The translations under genes were made by a program, and so were the position numbers. A DNA stretch of 63,802 bases, counting the filler, from Cercozoa sp. M6MM (lineage: Eukaryota > Protista > Endomyxa: Ascetosporea): assembly GCA_040357565.1 (NCBI GenBank). It is 10 parts of 10 records of this genome, joined end to end, with 100 filler letters (N's around TTAATTAATTAA, not from the genome) between each part and the next. Parts side by side here need not be neighbours in the genome. Positions count along the whole stretch, not along the records: positions 26,807 to 53,063 come from JBDODJ010000151.1; 9 more parts are not named here. The stretch is one strand, 5' to 3'. The notes beneath the pieces are model-generated. The model searched no databases and was not told the DNA's origin. It worked only from the letters and a program-made list of their open reading frames with translations. Positions 30,786 through 44,300 of this stretch are shown here, piece after piece (position 1 is the first letter of the stretch; each line of letters starts with the position of its first letter).

Positions 30786-32463
30786 TCAAACGTGGACGAA
30801 TTCGGAACCGACAGAACTGCCGGAGCCTGCGACAGTCGGCGGAGAAGAAGAGGCGACTCGAGGAGACGCGGCCACAGCTTCTTCTCTTTCCTCGAGCTGT
30901 TCTGAACCGGTGGAGCTTTCCGATCCAAGCCACCGTGTAGCAGCGACCTGAGCGTATTGCCGCATAGAGTCACACATCGCCCAACTTGTAGCTCTGGTGG
31001 TTTTGACTCCTTGGCTTGCTTTGCTCAAGAGGTTTAGCGCGTAGCCACCCTGAAGCCAAGTTGATTCAAGTTAACACAACAACTGAATATTTCTCACACC
31101 AGCGGAACAAAGGAGAAGCGTACCGCCTTGGCGCACTTGACGGAGAGTGGCACTTCGGGTGTCCGCAAGTCGGTGACACGAATCAATTGGCGCACATCGG
31201 AGGCAGGCAGACGCGCGATCAGTGTGGCAGGTTCTCCTCGGTCTAAAGGAGATGGAGAGGACTTGACATTGCCCACGACGCACATGTCGGTGTTGTGCAG
31301 GTGCATGCCGTCGTCGGCAGCGATACGTGTGGCACTGGGTAGACCCACCATGCCGACCGAACTGCAAGCAAAACACAGTCCAGATTTATGGTATGATGGG
31401 ATAGCTTACTGAGCGGCCAGACGAGCTGCGTACAGACGCCGTGTCAGCTCGGGCTCCAGGTTGATGAACAGACCCTTAGACGTGTCAATCTCACGGTCGC
31501 TCAGATCGGCGGTGAGCGCCCATTGCAGCGATGCGAGAATCTACAGAACGTTAAATTTACTGTTTTTCACTCTGTACATGTAAAGTACAGTATCACTGCC
31601 CATAGTCTGACTCAGTTGTACCTTCCAAAGTTGTCCATGCGAAACCAAGAGCACTCGCGCCTTGCGACGATCGAGATCGCGCACGTACCCGAGCATTCGT
31701 GCCACGGTGTAGGCGACGTTCTCAACGGCAATGTTGTGGTAGAGTTGTGGCGATTCAAACTGTCCGAGCGGTGTGTCCAGCAGTTGGTCGACCGAGCGGA
31801 TATCAACGGGACGTGGGATATGAAGACCTTCCTCTTGACTGCGACCTGGAGCTTCCAGGAACTGCAAGTTGTTCTGCACACAACGGACTCAGCTGGTACG
31901 GTACACTCGCCAACTCAGCACCACTGTCAGTTCGGTTCAGTACCACAAATTCGCCAAGGTTCCGTTGCGCAGACGCGACAACAATGTCCGACAGGATCGG
32001 CAACCCTTCCAAGTTGCCGCGCAGTGTGCTGTGCGTCACATTGGCCGACAACGTAACAATGTACTCGCGCACTTGCGTCATCACGAACACACGGCGTTGG
32101 GCCAACACGTTGACGATGGCTTGGCTGCTTTGCTGGCGCGACTGACAGTTTGACACCTTCTGGGTCATCTCTGCGGCGAACGACTCGAGTGCGAAACCCT
32201 TTTAAAAAAACAAGCACGAGTGTTTACATTATTAAACCGACAAAGCTGAGTCCTACGAAGGTCTGGAGTGTGCGACGCAGCGGCGACAGGTGCACTTCGT
32301 CAGAGTGACCAAAAAAGACCTCGGCGTAGCGCTCGCAGGAGACAGGCATAGACGAGGCTGCACCGGTTTCGACAAGAGTCCGTGCCACGCGGAACCAGCG
32401 CTTGCCCAAATCTTGCGCTTCCCGGACACCTACATAATTTGAGTTGCTACAGCGAAATACAGA

Positions 32464-32530
<67 letters not shown>

Positions 32531-32861
32531 AAATTTACTTATGCTGTTACAGTAATACAATCTGTGAACTGTAGAAACCTTGATGTGTGAGAGGTGAGTC
32601 ACTGCCTCCCAGACCAGCACCTTCAAGTTTCTCGACATTGTGCTTTCCTTGTGCATGTCGAACGTACAGCAGACTGCTGTGCGAGCGCGTTCCAGGCGCG
32701 AAGTGCCCATTCAGGACATCGATTAGAGCGTCCGTCGCGCCGGCAGTCGGACGCGGGGTTTGCAACGGAATGTCTGGAGGCACAAGAACGCCTTCACTTT
32801 CGGAATCCGAGCCGAGACTCGCTTTGACACTGGCGCAAACCAACAACCAAAGGGGCCACAT
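30786..32861 (-). CDS. Secreted histidine phosphatase superfamily (PGM-like) protein
   Basis: Signal-like MWPLWLLVCASVKAS; YVRHAQGKHN, DSPLT..G, SPLRRTLQT, VLLVSHG. Confidence 0.85.
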
Positions 32862-33426
32862 TTTAAGCCGGATCAGACAGTAAACGCCAATCTCAGTTTA
32901 AACACCAAGACTTCACTCCCAGCCGCCTTTTCGTGAGGCGTATGGACCGATGACCGCCTGAGGTGCGGTTTTCGGGCTTCCAGTTTTCCGAAACTCGAAC
33001 GCACGTGCCACGTCGGTTGATATCATGTCACTCGTATGCCGGCGTGCGATCCACGGTCCAGGTACAAGCTAGAAGGGTACAAATGCTGTCACCTGAGTAC
33101 AACAGTACACTGTACCGTACCGTATCGTTGCAGGTAAGCTACATGTGCTTGTACTCAGGACTGTACTTTTTACCTTGAAACTGAAAAACACAACAGGTAC
33201 AGCCGGGAGTACACAGTATGTACTGTACGTAGCGGGAATAAAATTGCACGTTGTAGGAAACTACATTGTACTGTACCTGTGTTGTACAGTACAGTCCATG
33301 CTCTGTACTTCCTGCGGTGAATCGACTCTGGTTTCATTGCCGAAAGTCCGAAGGCAAAGCACGTGCGCGTCGCCAAAATTTGAAACCAGGGAGTAAAGCG
33401 CTGGCGTTGCTAACGTGACTCGCGAT

Positions 33427-34829
33427 ATGCGGTTCATAGTTTCCGTGGCTCGGGCGCTTTTGCCTGTGTTGACAATCGGAGTGTTGTTGATGAATGTATC
33501 AGTACGTGGAGCACGTTCAGAGGTACTGTAAAATTCTGCTTCCGCTTACTTGTACACAAGTAACTCCGAATCAATCTGAATCGCATCTCCGATTGTTTCT
33601 TTCAGTGCCGAGTTGACCTACACCCAGTCACTTCTTACTCAGAGGCAGAGAAGCAAGTGCAAAACCATCTGGAGGAATGCCTCGCGCAAACTTTGGCTCT
33701 CGCTTCTCAAGGCGGGTGTACCGTGACGGACAGCGAAGGCTGTGCCAGGACCCTGTATGTCATCACTGGGCATGGTCGGCCTTGGGTCCCGGTGACAAGG
33801 CACAACACTGGATTCGACGGGGACGCATCTGATCAAGGTTAGTTTACTGTTTATCAAGTACTGTAAACTGTGAACCTGATCCTGACTGCCCCAGTAGATG
33901 GCGAAACACTCGAAGTCACGAGTCAAGAGTTTTGCGAGGCAAAACAACAGTTGCTTGACGAAATTGACCCGACGCTTAAAGAGGCGGCGAACCGAGTTCT
34001 GACCCGCCGCTGCTGCGATACACGTTTTCGTTTGTTCAGCTACATGCGACGCGAACGGTACAGTCAATGTAGTCTCCAATATAACACAACTTCAGACTTC
34101 GAGATATCGATACTTTCAATCAGTGCAAAAAGATGTGAATAAGAAATTTCTACATTCTTGTATTGCAGCGATTTCGGCAAGATACACGGCATGCTCAATG
34201 TGGCGGCTGCATCGATCGATGCGCACATCAGCAAGCTTCGCAAACTCGCTCGAACTGAGTCGGAGTCAGACGCGAGAACCGCGCCAAAAGCCAGCTTCTG
34301 CGCTCTCGCGGAATTCGATGAAGATGGGTACTGTGTTTTCACGTTACTGTATCTCTTGACAATTCGCTCACTCACTCCAATTGCATGTTGCTTTGTGAAG
34401 CACGAGCATCAACGACGGAGCCATGGCCGTGCACATCAGCGTGTGCGAAGCGAAAGTTGCAGACTCGGTGTTGTCGCAAGTGACCAGTCACGCCAAACTG
34501 CAGGAAGTGCGAGCAGAGCAAGCGATTCTCGAGCGCCTGTTTCAACTCGAACTCGAACGACCGAGCCAAGAGTACTGGCCATCTACCGGTCTTGCCAGTG
34601 ACGCCGAATGCGAAAGCGTGCACATTCCATTCCCTGTGCCATCTCGGTAAACTCTGATTTGATGCGGTGGATTTGCATCCAATCTGACTGCGTCTTGATA
34701 AACAGACTGAGACACAATGACAATGAGTCGTCAACAACACAGAACACAACCCAAGTTCCCGAATCAAGCGACGAGCCTCCCAAGAAGCGACGACGCTTGC
34801 TGACATCGGGTATAAATAAAGAAAACTGA
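33427..34829 (+). CDS. Hypothetical protein: signal/TM N-terminus, Smr-like domain, C-terminal PPKKRRR
   Basis: MRFIVSVARALLPVLTIGVLL; RVDLHP...AEKQVQNHLEE...LYVITGHGR; exons joined at GT-AG. Confidence 0.55.
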
Positions 34830-34976
34830 CGAACGAGGACTTGCTCGCGTCGCTACGTTCACTTGGATTCCGCGCGGACGACAGCATTCTGAACGCGCGG
34901 CGTGACGAAAAAGAGAGCTTGCGTTGAACTACGAGTAGATTAGCGCTGATCTAGCTAGCAATGGGTGCGCATGCAA

Positions 34977-37431
34977 TCACTGCGACTCGTCAGCAAGCTG
35001 GATGTAGCACGAGTCATCGCGCTCGGTGCCAAAGTAGCGGTCACCTGCAAGAGATCATTTTCGTCTTTTTCGAGCGCTCACTCAACGACCCCAAAAACAA
35101 AAACACAAAGTGAAAGAGATACCGAGACAGCCGAGGCCAGGCGACACGAAAAGGTGGTTGTCCAGACCGTCATCGACCTGGAGGCAAGTTAAGTCCAAAT
35201 GTGCTTCAGTTCAAGCGAAAGACAGCAAGAAAACGTCATTTATTTACCCAGGTCGTGATGACACGGATGCGCGGAAAGGCTCGAGCGAACGATACCAGGC
35301 CTGCGAGAACAAGGCAGGAGGTACAAGTAAAATGTTACAACGCCAGACAAGCTACCTTCCGGGGCAGCCAGCAGCGAAAGCACGACGATTCGCTCCTGTT
35401 CCACTCTGCGGGAGCCCAATTTAAAAAGTGTAACACATGAATCAATAGATAGGACAGGTAGAGACGCACCCTTGCTCGACAAGAACACGCGCGGCCATCT
35501 TCAAAGCGCTGCCCGTGCCGAGAACGGCATCCAGCAGCAGCACACGCGACGACTCGTTCTGCAACTCGTTCGGCAGTCGCGAGTAGAACATCTGCGTTCA
35601 CACAAGGGAGGTACAGTAGCGTCGGTTAGATAATGGAAGAACAATGTGTACAGACAGATAGGTACGGAGATCGATAGATAGATAGAAAGAAAGGGAGATG
35701 GAGAGATAGAAAGACGGATAGATTATGAGGTAAATACGTATGTATAGGAAAGATACATATCTAAGGATGATGCAGAGATGTAGAGAATACATGTAGGTGT
35801 ATACATGTAGGTGTGTATACCCTAGGCTCAAGTGTCTTGTCGGCAGGCTGCTGAATGACGATCTTGCCGATGGAGGCGTCGGGCAGCACGGAGCGCAGGC
35901 CGTGCTCCATGGCCTCGCCACCTCGCACGACAGCGATGGCGCACACGACGCCGTCGGAAGCGATGCCGGCAACGCGTGCACCCGTGGGTGTCTGCACTGT
36001 CACGTCGCTGAGATGCGCGTCCTCCTCGCCCAAAGTCGCCGCGCCGAACTCGGCCAGACTGCGGCACAGTCGGTCGCATGCATTCACGAACACCTCCTGC
36101 GACGTCGACGCGTCGCGTAGCACCTATGGTGGGAGGGGGTATAAGGTATGGACGGGGGGGGGGGGGGGGTAAACTACCGTATGCACGGCCTGCAGCGACT
36201 TGTTGCGCGGCATGACACGAACCGTCGTTGGCAAGGCGTCTGTCGCCACGGCGAATCGCTCGGCCGACATGTCCAAGCCGCGCCGTCGCCTAAGGGTTTA
36301 GGGGGTAACGAGGGGGTAAGGGAGGGGAGCAAAAACACACAGCTGCGAGCGAATGTGCTGAGCCAACAGATCCACAGCCACGTTGTTGTATTCCTGATGC
36401 GGAATTATCAAGTTCGCGTGCCTACCAGGGGGAGGAAAAAGAGGAGTAAAGAGGTGGAAGGTAAACAGGAGGTAAGAGGGGGTGGGAGGGGGCTAAACTA
36501 CGGCTTGGTCGGCACGCAGAACTGATCGAATGACGGTTTCACTGTCTTGAGGTACTGCGCCAGCACACTGTCCACTGTGCGACCACGCTCGCGAATGTCG
36601 CGTGTGATACGACGCGCCTGGGGAGGGGTGGGGGTAAAGGATATATGAGGGTATAATGGGGGTACAAGGGAGTAAGAGAGAGTAAGGCGTACCAAGCGAA
36701 CGTCGGCATCGGTGTCGACAAAGACCTTCATGTCCATCAGGTCGCGAACACGCTGGTCGTGCAGCACCAGGATGCCCTCGATCAGCACGACATCGGCGCC
36801 GTACATCAGCGTCGTCTCTGTCGGGTGTCGTGCTGCACGAAAGGAGGGGTAAGGGGGGGGGGGGAAAGGGGTAAAGGGGGAGGGTAGAACACACAGTGAG
36901 TGGCAAAGTCGTAGTGCGGAATGCGCACGCACTTGCCGCGCCGCACGTCACGCAGCACGTCCTGTCCAGACGCAGGGTAAGGGGGGGTAAAAAGGGATAC
37001 AGCAAGGGGCAAAACACACAAGCAGCAGGTCGAAATCGAACGCATTCGGATGATCGAAGTCGTACTCGCCTTTCTGCGGGGGGGGGGGGGGGTAGGGGTA
37101 AGGGTGGGGGTAAAGCGGTAGGGCGTAGGGGCAAAGAGTCTACCTCGGCAAGCTCGTGTTCGGCCGGCGTGAGACCGCGGTAGAAGTTGTCCATGGAGAT
37201 GATCTGGACCCACGGCAGGTTGAGCTGCTTGATGATGCGCCGACACACCGTGGTCTTGCCACTGGCCGTGCCGCCCTGAGCACAGCAACCCACCCTTAAG
37301 CATGTACCCTGAAGCATGACTGCAGACTACTGATGTACCGCCACGCCAATGATAAACGGCTCCAGCGGCGTCGGACTGCCGGCCTCGGAGTCGGCACTGC
37401 CGTCGAACCAGTTCGGCTTACCCTTGGGCAT
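34977..37431 (-). CDS. Bifunctional uridine kinase / uracil phosphoribosyltransferase-like (UCKL1/UKL type)
   Basis: [49 protein letters not shown]; UPRT part [27 protein letters not shown]. Confidence 0.95.
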
Positions 37432-37818
37432 GTGTGTACTTTTTCTGTGCACACCACACTTATCTAAAACTCGCACAACCACTTCCTACGTGTGCGCACC
37501 TCTCCTGCGACCTGCACGGCCCACTCACGACGCGTGCAATGCGCAATGCGGCACTTGAAACTCCCGCTGCTTGCCGTTCAATCGGCTACTGTACTGTCCT
37601 TCATCGAGTGGACTGTACAAACGGACGCAGCACTGACGTTGATCGAGGAAACAATCTGTGCAAGCACGTGCTCTTGTGATATAGTGTCGTATTATTTCTC
37701 CTTAGTGCCAGAAAGGCTTCCAGTTTCAGGTTGGTCGTTTGCTTTTTGTATTTCCCTTTGGTCGCTGGCACACGCGTTTCTCTCGTTGCCGTTGTCAGAA
37801 ACCAAAGCGCAATCCCAA

Positions 37819-38316
37819 ATGTCCGTCATTCTGTTCTACTCGTCGATCGCCGGCAACCTTAAGATCAAGTCTGACACTGCAAACATTGAGCGTCTTCTTG
37901 AGGTCAGTTTTTGCCAACTGGAGCTCTTCATCTTCAATCCAGCAGCAAAATGTCGGTTGAGCGCACTTTCATGTTTCAACAGATCAAGAACATTCCATTC
38001 GAGAAGGTCGACTGTGCCCAGGACTGCAACAAGCCGCGTCGCTTGCAGATGCGCGAAATTGCAGGTACTGCTAATGTCCGCTCGGATGTGCAAAAAACGA
38101 AAAACTGACTCTTTTGTTTCAGGCACGCCTGCGCTGCCGCAGGTGCACGTTGTTCCTTCTGACGGTGAGCAGCGCTACATTGGTGGCTGGCTCGACCTCG
38201 CTGATGCCAACGAGGTCCGTCCGTTTCTTCCATCTGTTTGCTCTGGCGTTATTTGAGTCGGTTTTGTGTGACAGGGTGGCCTTTTGGAGCAGCTTCTCGG
38301 TGTTCAGCAGGCCTAA
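37819..38316 (+). CDS. SH3BGR/glutaredoxin-fold small protein
   Basis: FYSSIAGNLKIK..LLEIKNIPFEKVD..MRE..PALPQV..YIGG..DANEGGLLEQLL; 4 exons. Confidence 0.8.
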
Positions 38317-38487
38317 TTTTTGGCCTTGCGCTTGCACTAGGCCGGAGCCTAGACTGTACTAATTTCAACGCCAGTCGAGTTTTTGCGGCTTTCGCTCACT
38401 CTCACTCTGCAATTCCGAAACTAGTCGAATCAGAGTATAGTTCATTGGGTTTCGCTCAGCTATGAGAGTGTCAGAGGCGATTTCGGT

Positions 38488-40331
38488 TTAATCGGAATCC
38501 GTGCGTTCCAGCAGCACGTCGTCGCACTGTCCGAGCAGACGCGACAGCGCAATCGTCGTCAGGATGCCACGACGCAGCTGCAAGAGGAGGGGGGGGGGGG
38601 GTTAAGGATGAGGGGTAATGCGAGGCGGTAAAGGGGTAAAGAACCTTGGCACGCACGGCGAAGCGCTGCAGTCGCGAGCCGTGGTCGCCCGACAGTGGCA
38701 GCGCCGACGCGACGTCCTCACCGAGCCATGGGTGTGACAGCACGCCTTCCAGGTCGATGCGACTGTCAGCCTCCACGGTCAGCATGCGCGAGATCTACAA
38801 AAACACAAAGACACACTCAACCCATCGTCCTGTCCCTTACCGCCCTTTACTTTTCCCCTACCAAATCCTTGGCATCCTCGCTGATGTCGTCCCAGTACGG
38901 ACTGATGAAGGCAAAGTCGCCTGGTACAAATGGACCGTACATATAGACCGTGGCAGGTATTCGATACAAATGGACAGTGTACATAGACCAGACACAGAGA
39001 CAGTATACATAGACCGGACACAGAGACAGTATGTATGGACAGTATGCTTGTACCAGCCTTGATTTGGGCATACAGATCCACCGGATTGTCGGCGTAGAAA
39101 GGCGGAAAACCGCACAGCAGAATGTACAGAATCACGCCCTGTAGCACACACCCTTGTAGTTTTACCCCTCCCTCCCAATACCTATACCCCCCCCCCGCCC
39201 CCGAAAGAAACGGTACGAGACTCCAGATGTCGACAGCAGAAGTGTAGGGCTCATTCCGCAGAATCTCGGGTGCCTGTTCGATGTGAAGTGGCTACAACTG
39301 GCTACACCTGCAGTACAAACGGACAGTACCACGTAGCCAGGTGTGCCACACGCCGTGGTCATGGCCTGATTGTTGGCCACAACGCGCGCCAGACCAAAGT
39401 CCGTGATTACGATCGGTGAGTCCTGTCGCACGAACAAAAAGGTGAGAAACGCAGCGAAACGCAGCACGAAAAAATACAAGAAAACACAAACGGTACCTTA
39501 GACGTGTCGCGAAACACGAGATTTTCGGGCTTGAGATCGCGGTGAACGATGCCGATCTGCGCACAAAATCGCGAATTTTCTCCTCACGCTCAAAAAAGCG
39601 CAAAAATTACGTCGTGCAAGTGTTTCAGCGTGTTGGAGACCTAGGACAGAAAAACAAAACTTCACTCGGCTTCTTTCACAGAAAATACACACACAAAAAG
39701 AGTGTGACCTCGATAATGATGCGCGCAGCTTCGCGTTCCGAGAAGGAGCCAGCAGCCACGACGCGGTCGAACAACTCGCCACCTTCAACAGTACCAAGAG
39801 ATGTCAAGGTTTCAGCAAGCGTGTTTGTCAGCTGCAGTACCTCGCAGGTACTCCATAACGATCAGCACCTCCTTGCTGGTGTCGTACACACCGAGCAGTT
39901 TCACGACGCCGTCACTTTCGCTTCTGAGAAAGAGTGAGTTTATTCACTCAAAACACAAGAGGAAAAAGAAAGCTCGAACCGTTGCAGCAGCGTGATTTCG
40001 TCTTGCAGGCCTTCCACTTCGGAAGCATTAAGATTCGCCTTGCGGATGATCTTGACGGCCACTTCGGCACCTGTCTGCTTGTGCGTCGCCTTGCGCACCA
40101 CGGAGAAGCTGCCGCTGCCTGCCAGTAGCAACAAACAACACCAGTCAGCTTTTGCTTTCTTTAACTCGACTTCAGTTGTACTTGAGAAACCAGTTCACCG
40201 ATGCGTTCGCCGAGTTTGTACACTGCACATTCGAGTTCTCACTTGTTTTAACAGCAGCACACCTCCCGAGACACTGCCTGCTGGGTACCTTTGGAAAACG
40301 ACGGGCGGCCGCGCGATTTGACGTTGCCCAT
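38488..40331 (-). CDS. CaMK1-like Ser/Thr protein kinase (MG start, possibly myristoylated)
   Basis: GSGSFSVV, VAVK, GGELFDRV, HRDLKPEN, DFG, TACGTPGYVAPE, LLCGFPPFY, PYWDDISEDAKDLI. Confidence 0.96.
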
Positions 40332-41270
40332 GGCCCGACTATAAGTGCAGACAGTGCTATTTTATCGTACTGAGCAAGGAAAAGATTGAAATAGACATAG
40401 TTGATTGTGACCACTGTATGCAATACAGTGCAAGCTGTCCCAAAGTCTTTCAGTCCAGCCACGGATCAAAGTCGCCCAAGTTCAGATCGTGGGCACCTTC
40501 TCCGTCAATAAGTCAACCTGCAGTAGGTCCACGTGTCTATGTCACCCGGCACAGCACTTCCAGACTACATGTTGCTCTCTACTGGTGGCTACAGAGTACA
40601 TTTGTACAGTACAACTTACAGTACAACTGGACTGGTATTTCTGATTGATCATTGAGTGATTCAGATCAGCAAGTGTGTTCCCAGCCCCGTTTGCCAGCCT
40701 TTGTGGCATTCTAACTGAGTCTGCGCCAGACACAGACGTCTACGGCCATTGCAAACACTTTCAACAAGCCGGAACCACGTTACCAAGCTCTAAGTGAATA
40801 TAAGCCGAACGACTTGGTACCCTGGGGGCCGGAGGCATATGACCTGAGGTCCTTGGGCCCTGCTTTTAACTGAAAGTTTGCGATAGAATCAGATGGAAAT
40901 GTACAGTTTCCACATCGACCAAGTCCGCCCTTACCTTTGAGTTTTAAATTTACCACACATAGTAGGCCCTGATTTACAGAGTGAAAGTGAAATTAGCAGG
41001 GGCATTTGACGGAGCGCTGGCTCGGACTGAACTGAATGTACGTTCACTGGCAACCTCTAGCGATGAATTAAACTACTGTATGTACGGGCCGAGTATTAGT
41101 TAAGTTACACGCAGTCGATGGATACCAGCGAAGTCAAAATCTTCGCGCCTCGAGGTTTCTGTTAATTTTAGGGTTGTTTTCGCGCGGATACAGTAGTTTA
41201 TGCTGGAACGGTTCGGTTACATACTGTACGTTCCGTTCGGTTCAGTTCACTTTCAGTTTAATCGCCGCTC

Positions 41271-41308
<38 letters not shown>

Positions 41309-41332
41309 TAGCCGAGACGTAGTGCTTGAATT

Positions 41333-44300
41333 CTATACAGCGGCTCGCTTCGTGCGCGAACGCAAAACGAGGTACGCGAGTCCCCAGAACAGGATCAGCA
41401 TCGCTGTTGATGTGCAAAGTCAAACCTCTCGAAAGTAAAGCCCCAACAACAACAAAAAAGGAAGGCGTGTACCAACGGAAACGCCAATGTCGCGCCCAAT
41501 ATTGTCGGCTGACAGTTCGAGTCGTCCCAGCACTTGTTCACCGCGCGTGATTGGACACACGCCTTGCACCTGACATTCGACACAATTCGACACATTCAGT
41601 TTGACTGCAATGTTATCTGGCTCAAGCTTCGTTACTGCAGAAAAGTACCAGTTGATCCTGCGTGCACGAGAAGGTCGCGCCGTCGAACTCATTGACGGCA
41701 AGCACTTCGTAGATGTACTTAAACACCGAGATCCACTGTTGGCAAATACGAGTTTCTAGTCCAGTAAATGGTTCAGTCAAGTTTACACTGTCCGGTACCT
41801 GGATCCACGAGATGGCAGGCGAGATCGAGTCCAGGTTCACCAGAAAGCCCGAGAATTGCATCAGCGGGATTACTGTGACTGGAGCGATTCCCTACGCACA
41901 CACAACATTCACGCAAGCAAACACAACCACTCGGCCACAGTCAAACAGGTAAACTAACCGAAGCGACATCAACGCTGGGCGCCACGGCACCGATCAGATA
42001 CTAACAACATACATGGTCAACTTTGACAATACGTAAAGGAGGAGACAATACACCGAGACCCATGCCAACCAGGGTCAGCAGACACGTCACACCGTAGAAG
42101 ATCAGCACCTGCCCATCAGTCATAAACAGTCAGTCAAGATAATCCTGTATGCAGAGAGAGAAAGTTTAGTGTACGCGGTAGAAAGGTCCTCGCAGACCGC
42201 ACATTGGATAGATTATAGCCGTCTGCAGCGCTGGCCACAGAAACTGGAACGGCACTTCCGACACTGTCCGCATGACACCAACAATCGTCTAGCAACAGCA
42301 AAAGAGAGCTTGTTCACTGTAACAGACTGTATACCCAGCTTTCCGAGGAAGTACGCTCCCAGCGAGTACACACCATTCGAGTGCTCGCGCAGGAAGAGCG
42401 TCTTCTCCTCCGGGAAGGTTAAAGCTGTCGCCATGAGTGCCTACGCACGCTCAAACGCATATACAGATCGGTATGTATATAAAAATGTCCACTGACAGGT
42501 AAAGCTACCTGCATGGTTGTAGAGATCATCGCAAAGAAGATCAGGCCCTGTCGATCCTGCGCGCCGACTTGATCATCTTCCATTTGCCAAAATAGCGCGC
42601 CCATCAGCAACTGCACAGGGAGCACTTTCATTTCTGGCCCGCAACACGATATAAATATGACTTACAGAGAGGAATGCGATCTGTCCGATGCGCGCTTTGA
42701 AGGTTTTCGGTGTGCGCGTGAAATGACGAAGCGCACGTTGTGCCAGCAGGCGCTGCCAACAGCGAGCATGAGTGGGAGAGGCAGGAGAAATTCGAACTGA
42801 AACTGCAGAGAAACCTACAACCTGCGCGCCAAAGCCGATGCGATTGCTGCGTTTTTCGTTCATGTCAATGTGCGCCACACTTGGGTCCCTGCACCCATTT
42901 TGCGCGTGAATGCTCACAAAACTGAAGATAGGCCAAAAGACAACTTACTCAATCGGCAAGATCATTTCGCCTTCTTCCTGTAGACGGCGCCGCCATGCCT
43001 CTGTATTGCACGTGCAAATCCATGTCACAAAACACACTCATGGAGTGGGCGTACCCTTCAAAGTCTCACGATCCTGGTCAGCCTGTTCGCCACGTCCCTG
43101 CGGACACAGAAAAGTAAAACAGAGGCAGGAGAGTAGATTTGACCGCACAACGCACAAAGAGTCTCTACCTGCATGATCTGGATGTAGAAGTCGGCGATGT
43201 TGTAGTTCGGCGGACACACAAAGCCAATCGATGCAAAGTAATCGGCCACGCCCTTGGCAGATCCTGAAGCCGGTCAGTACAAAACTGACATGTTTAGTTC
43301 GAGTCCAATGTGAGAAGGGTACCGTAGTAGATGACCTCGCCATCGACGAGCAGCATCAAAGCGTCGAACATCGAGAAGATCTCGGAACTCGGCTGATGGA
43401 TCGTGCTGATTCTGCAAGCACAGCAAAACCCTTCAAAAAAGATGGGAGAACATTTGAACTGACTCAAAGCTATAGTTACACTGTGCGGCCATCACGGGCC
43501 AGATCGCGCAGCAGTTCGACCACGGAAGCCGCCGTGAAACTGTCCAGGCCAGAGGTCGGCTCGTCGACGAACCTAAATGTACCAATAAAAAACAATTGTT
43601 GAGGGGAGGTGGGAGTTGTAAACTTACAGCAGAGACGGATTTGACACAAGTTCAACGCCGATGGAGGCACGCTTCATCTCACCGCCCGAAAGACCACGTT
43701 TCGCTGCACTCCCGACCTGACATATCAAAACTGTGCATGCACACACGAAGATACACGCGTCTCGGATACCATAGTGTCAGCGCACTTGTCCAAACGCAGA
43801 TCGCCGATTAGTGCAGTCACACGGTCTTCCACCTGGAAAGCTCGAACCTTTATAGTTAGAAACAATCATCGGTAAAAAGCACCTCAGCGTCAGTCAAAGT
43901 GGCGGGAAGTCGCATCTGCATGGCATACACGCATTTGAAAAGTGAAAGAAGGGAGTGATAGGCTTTAGTTGGTTCACCTTTGCGCTGAAACGAAGCGCCT
44001 CGCGCACAGTCATTGTCTACAAGATGGCATCATTGTCTCGAGATACAAGACAAGATAGCACAAAAAAACAGAAAAATTTACAGGCAGCAAGATGTCCTCT
44101 TGCATGATATAGGCCGAGTTCTTGCGCACCAAACGCTTCGTTGCCTCCGTGTTGTTCAACTGCAAGTTTAACCTTTCAACAAGAAAATGGCACGGTCTTA
44201 TCACAGTGAATACCAAAATTGAACCGCCGACTTCGACACGGCCCGGTTGGGTGCGTGTGCGCTTCGACAGAATGTTGAGCAGCGTGGTCTTGCCGGCGCC

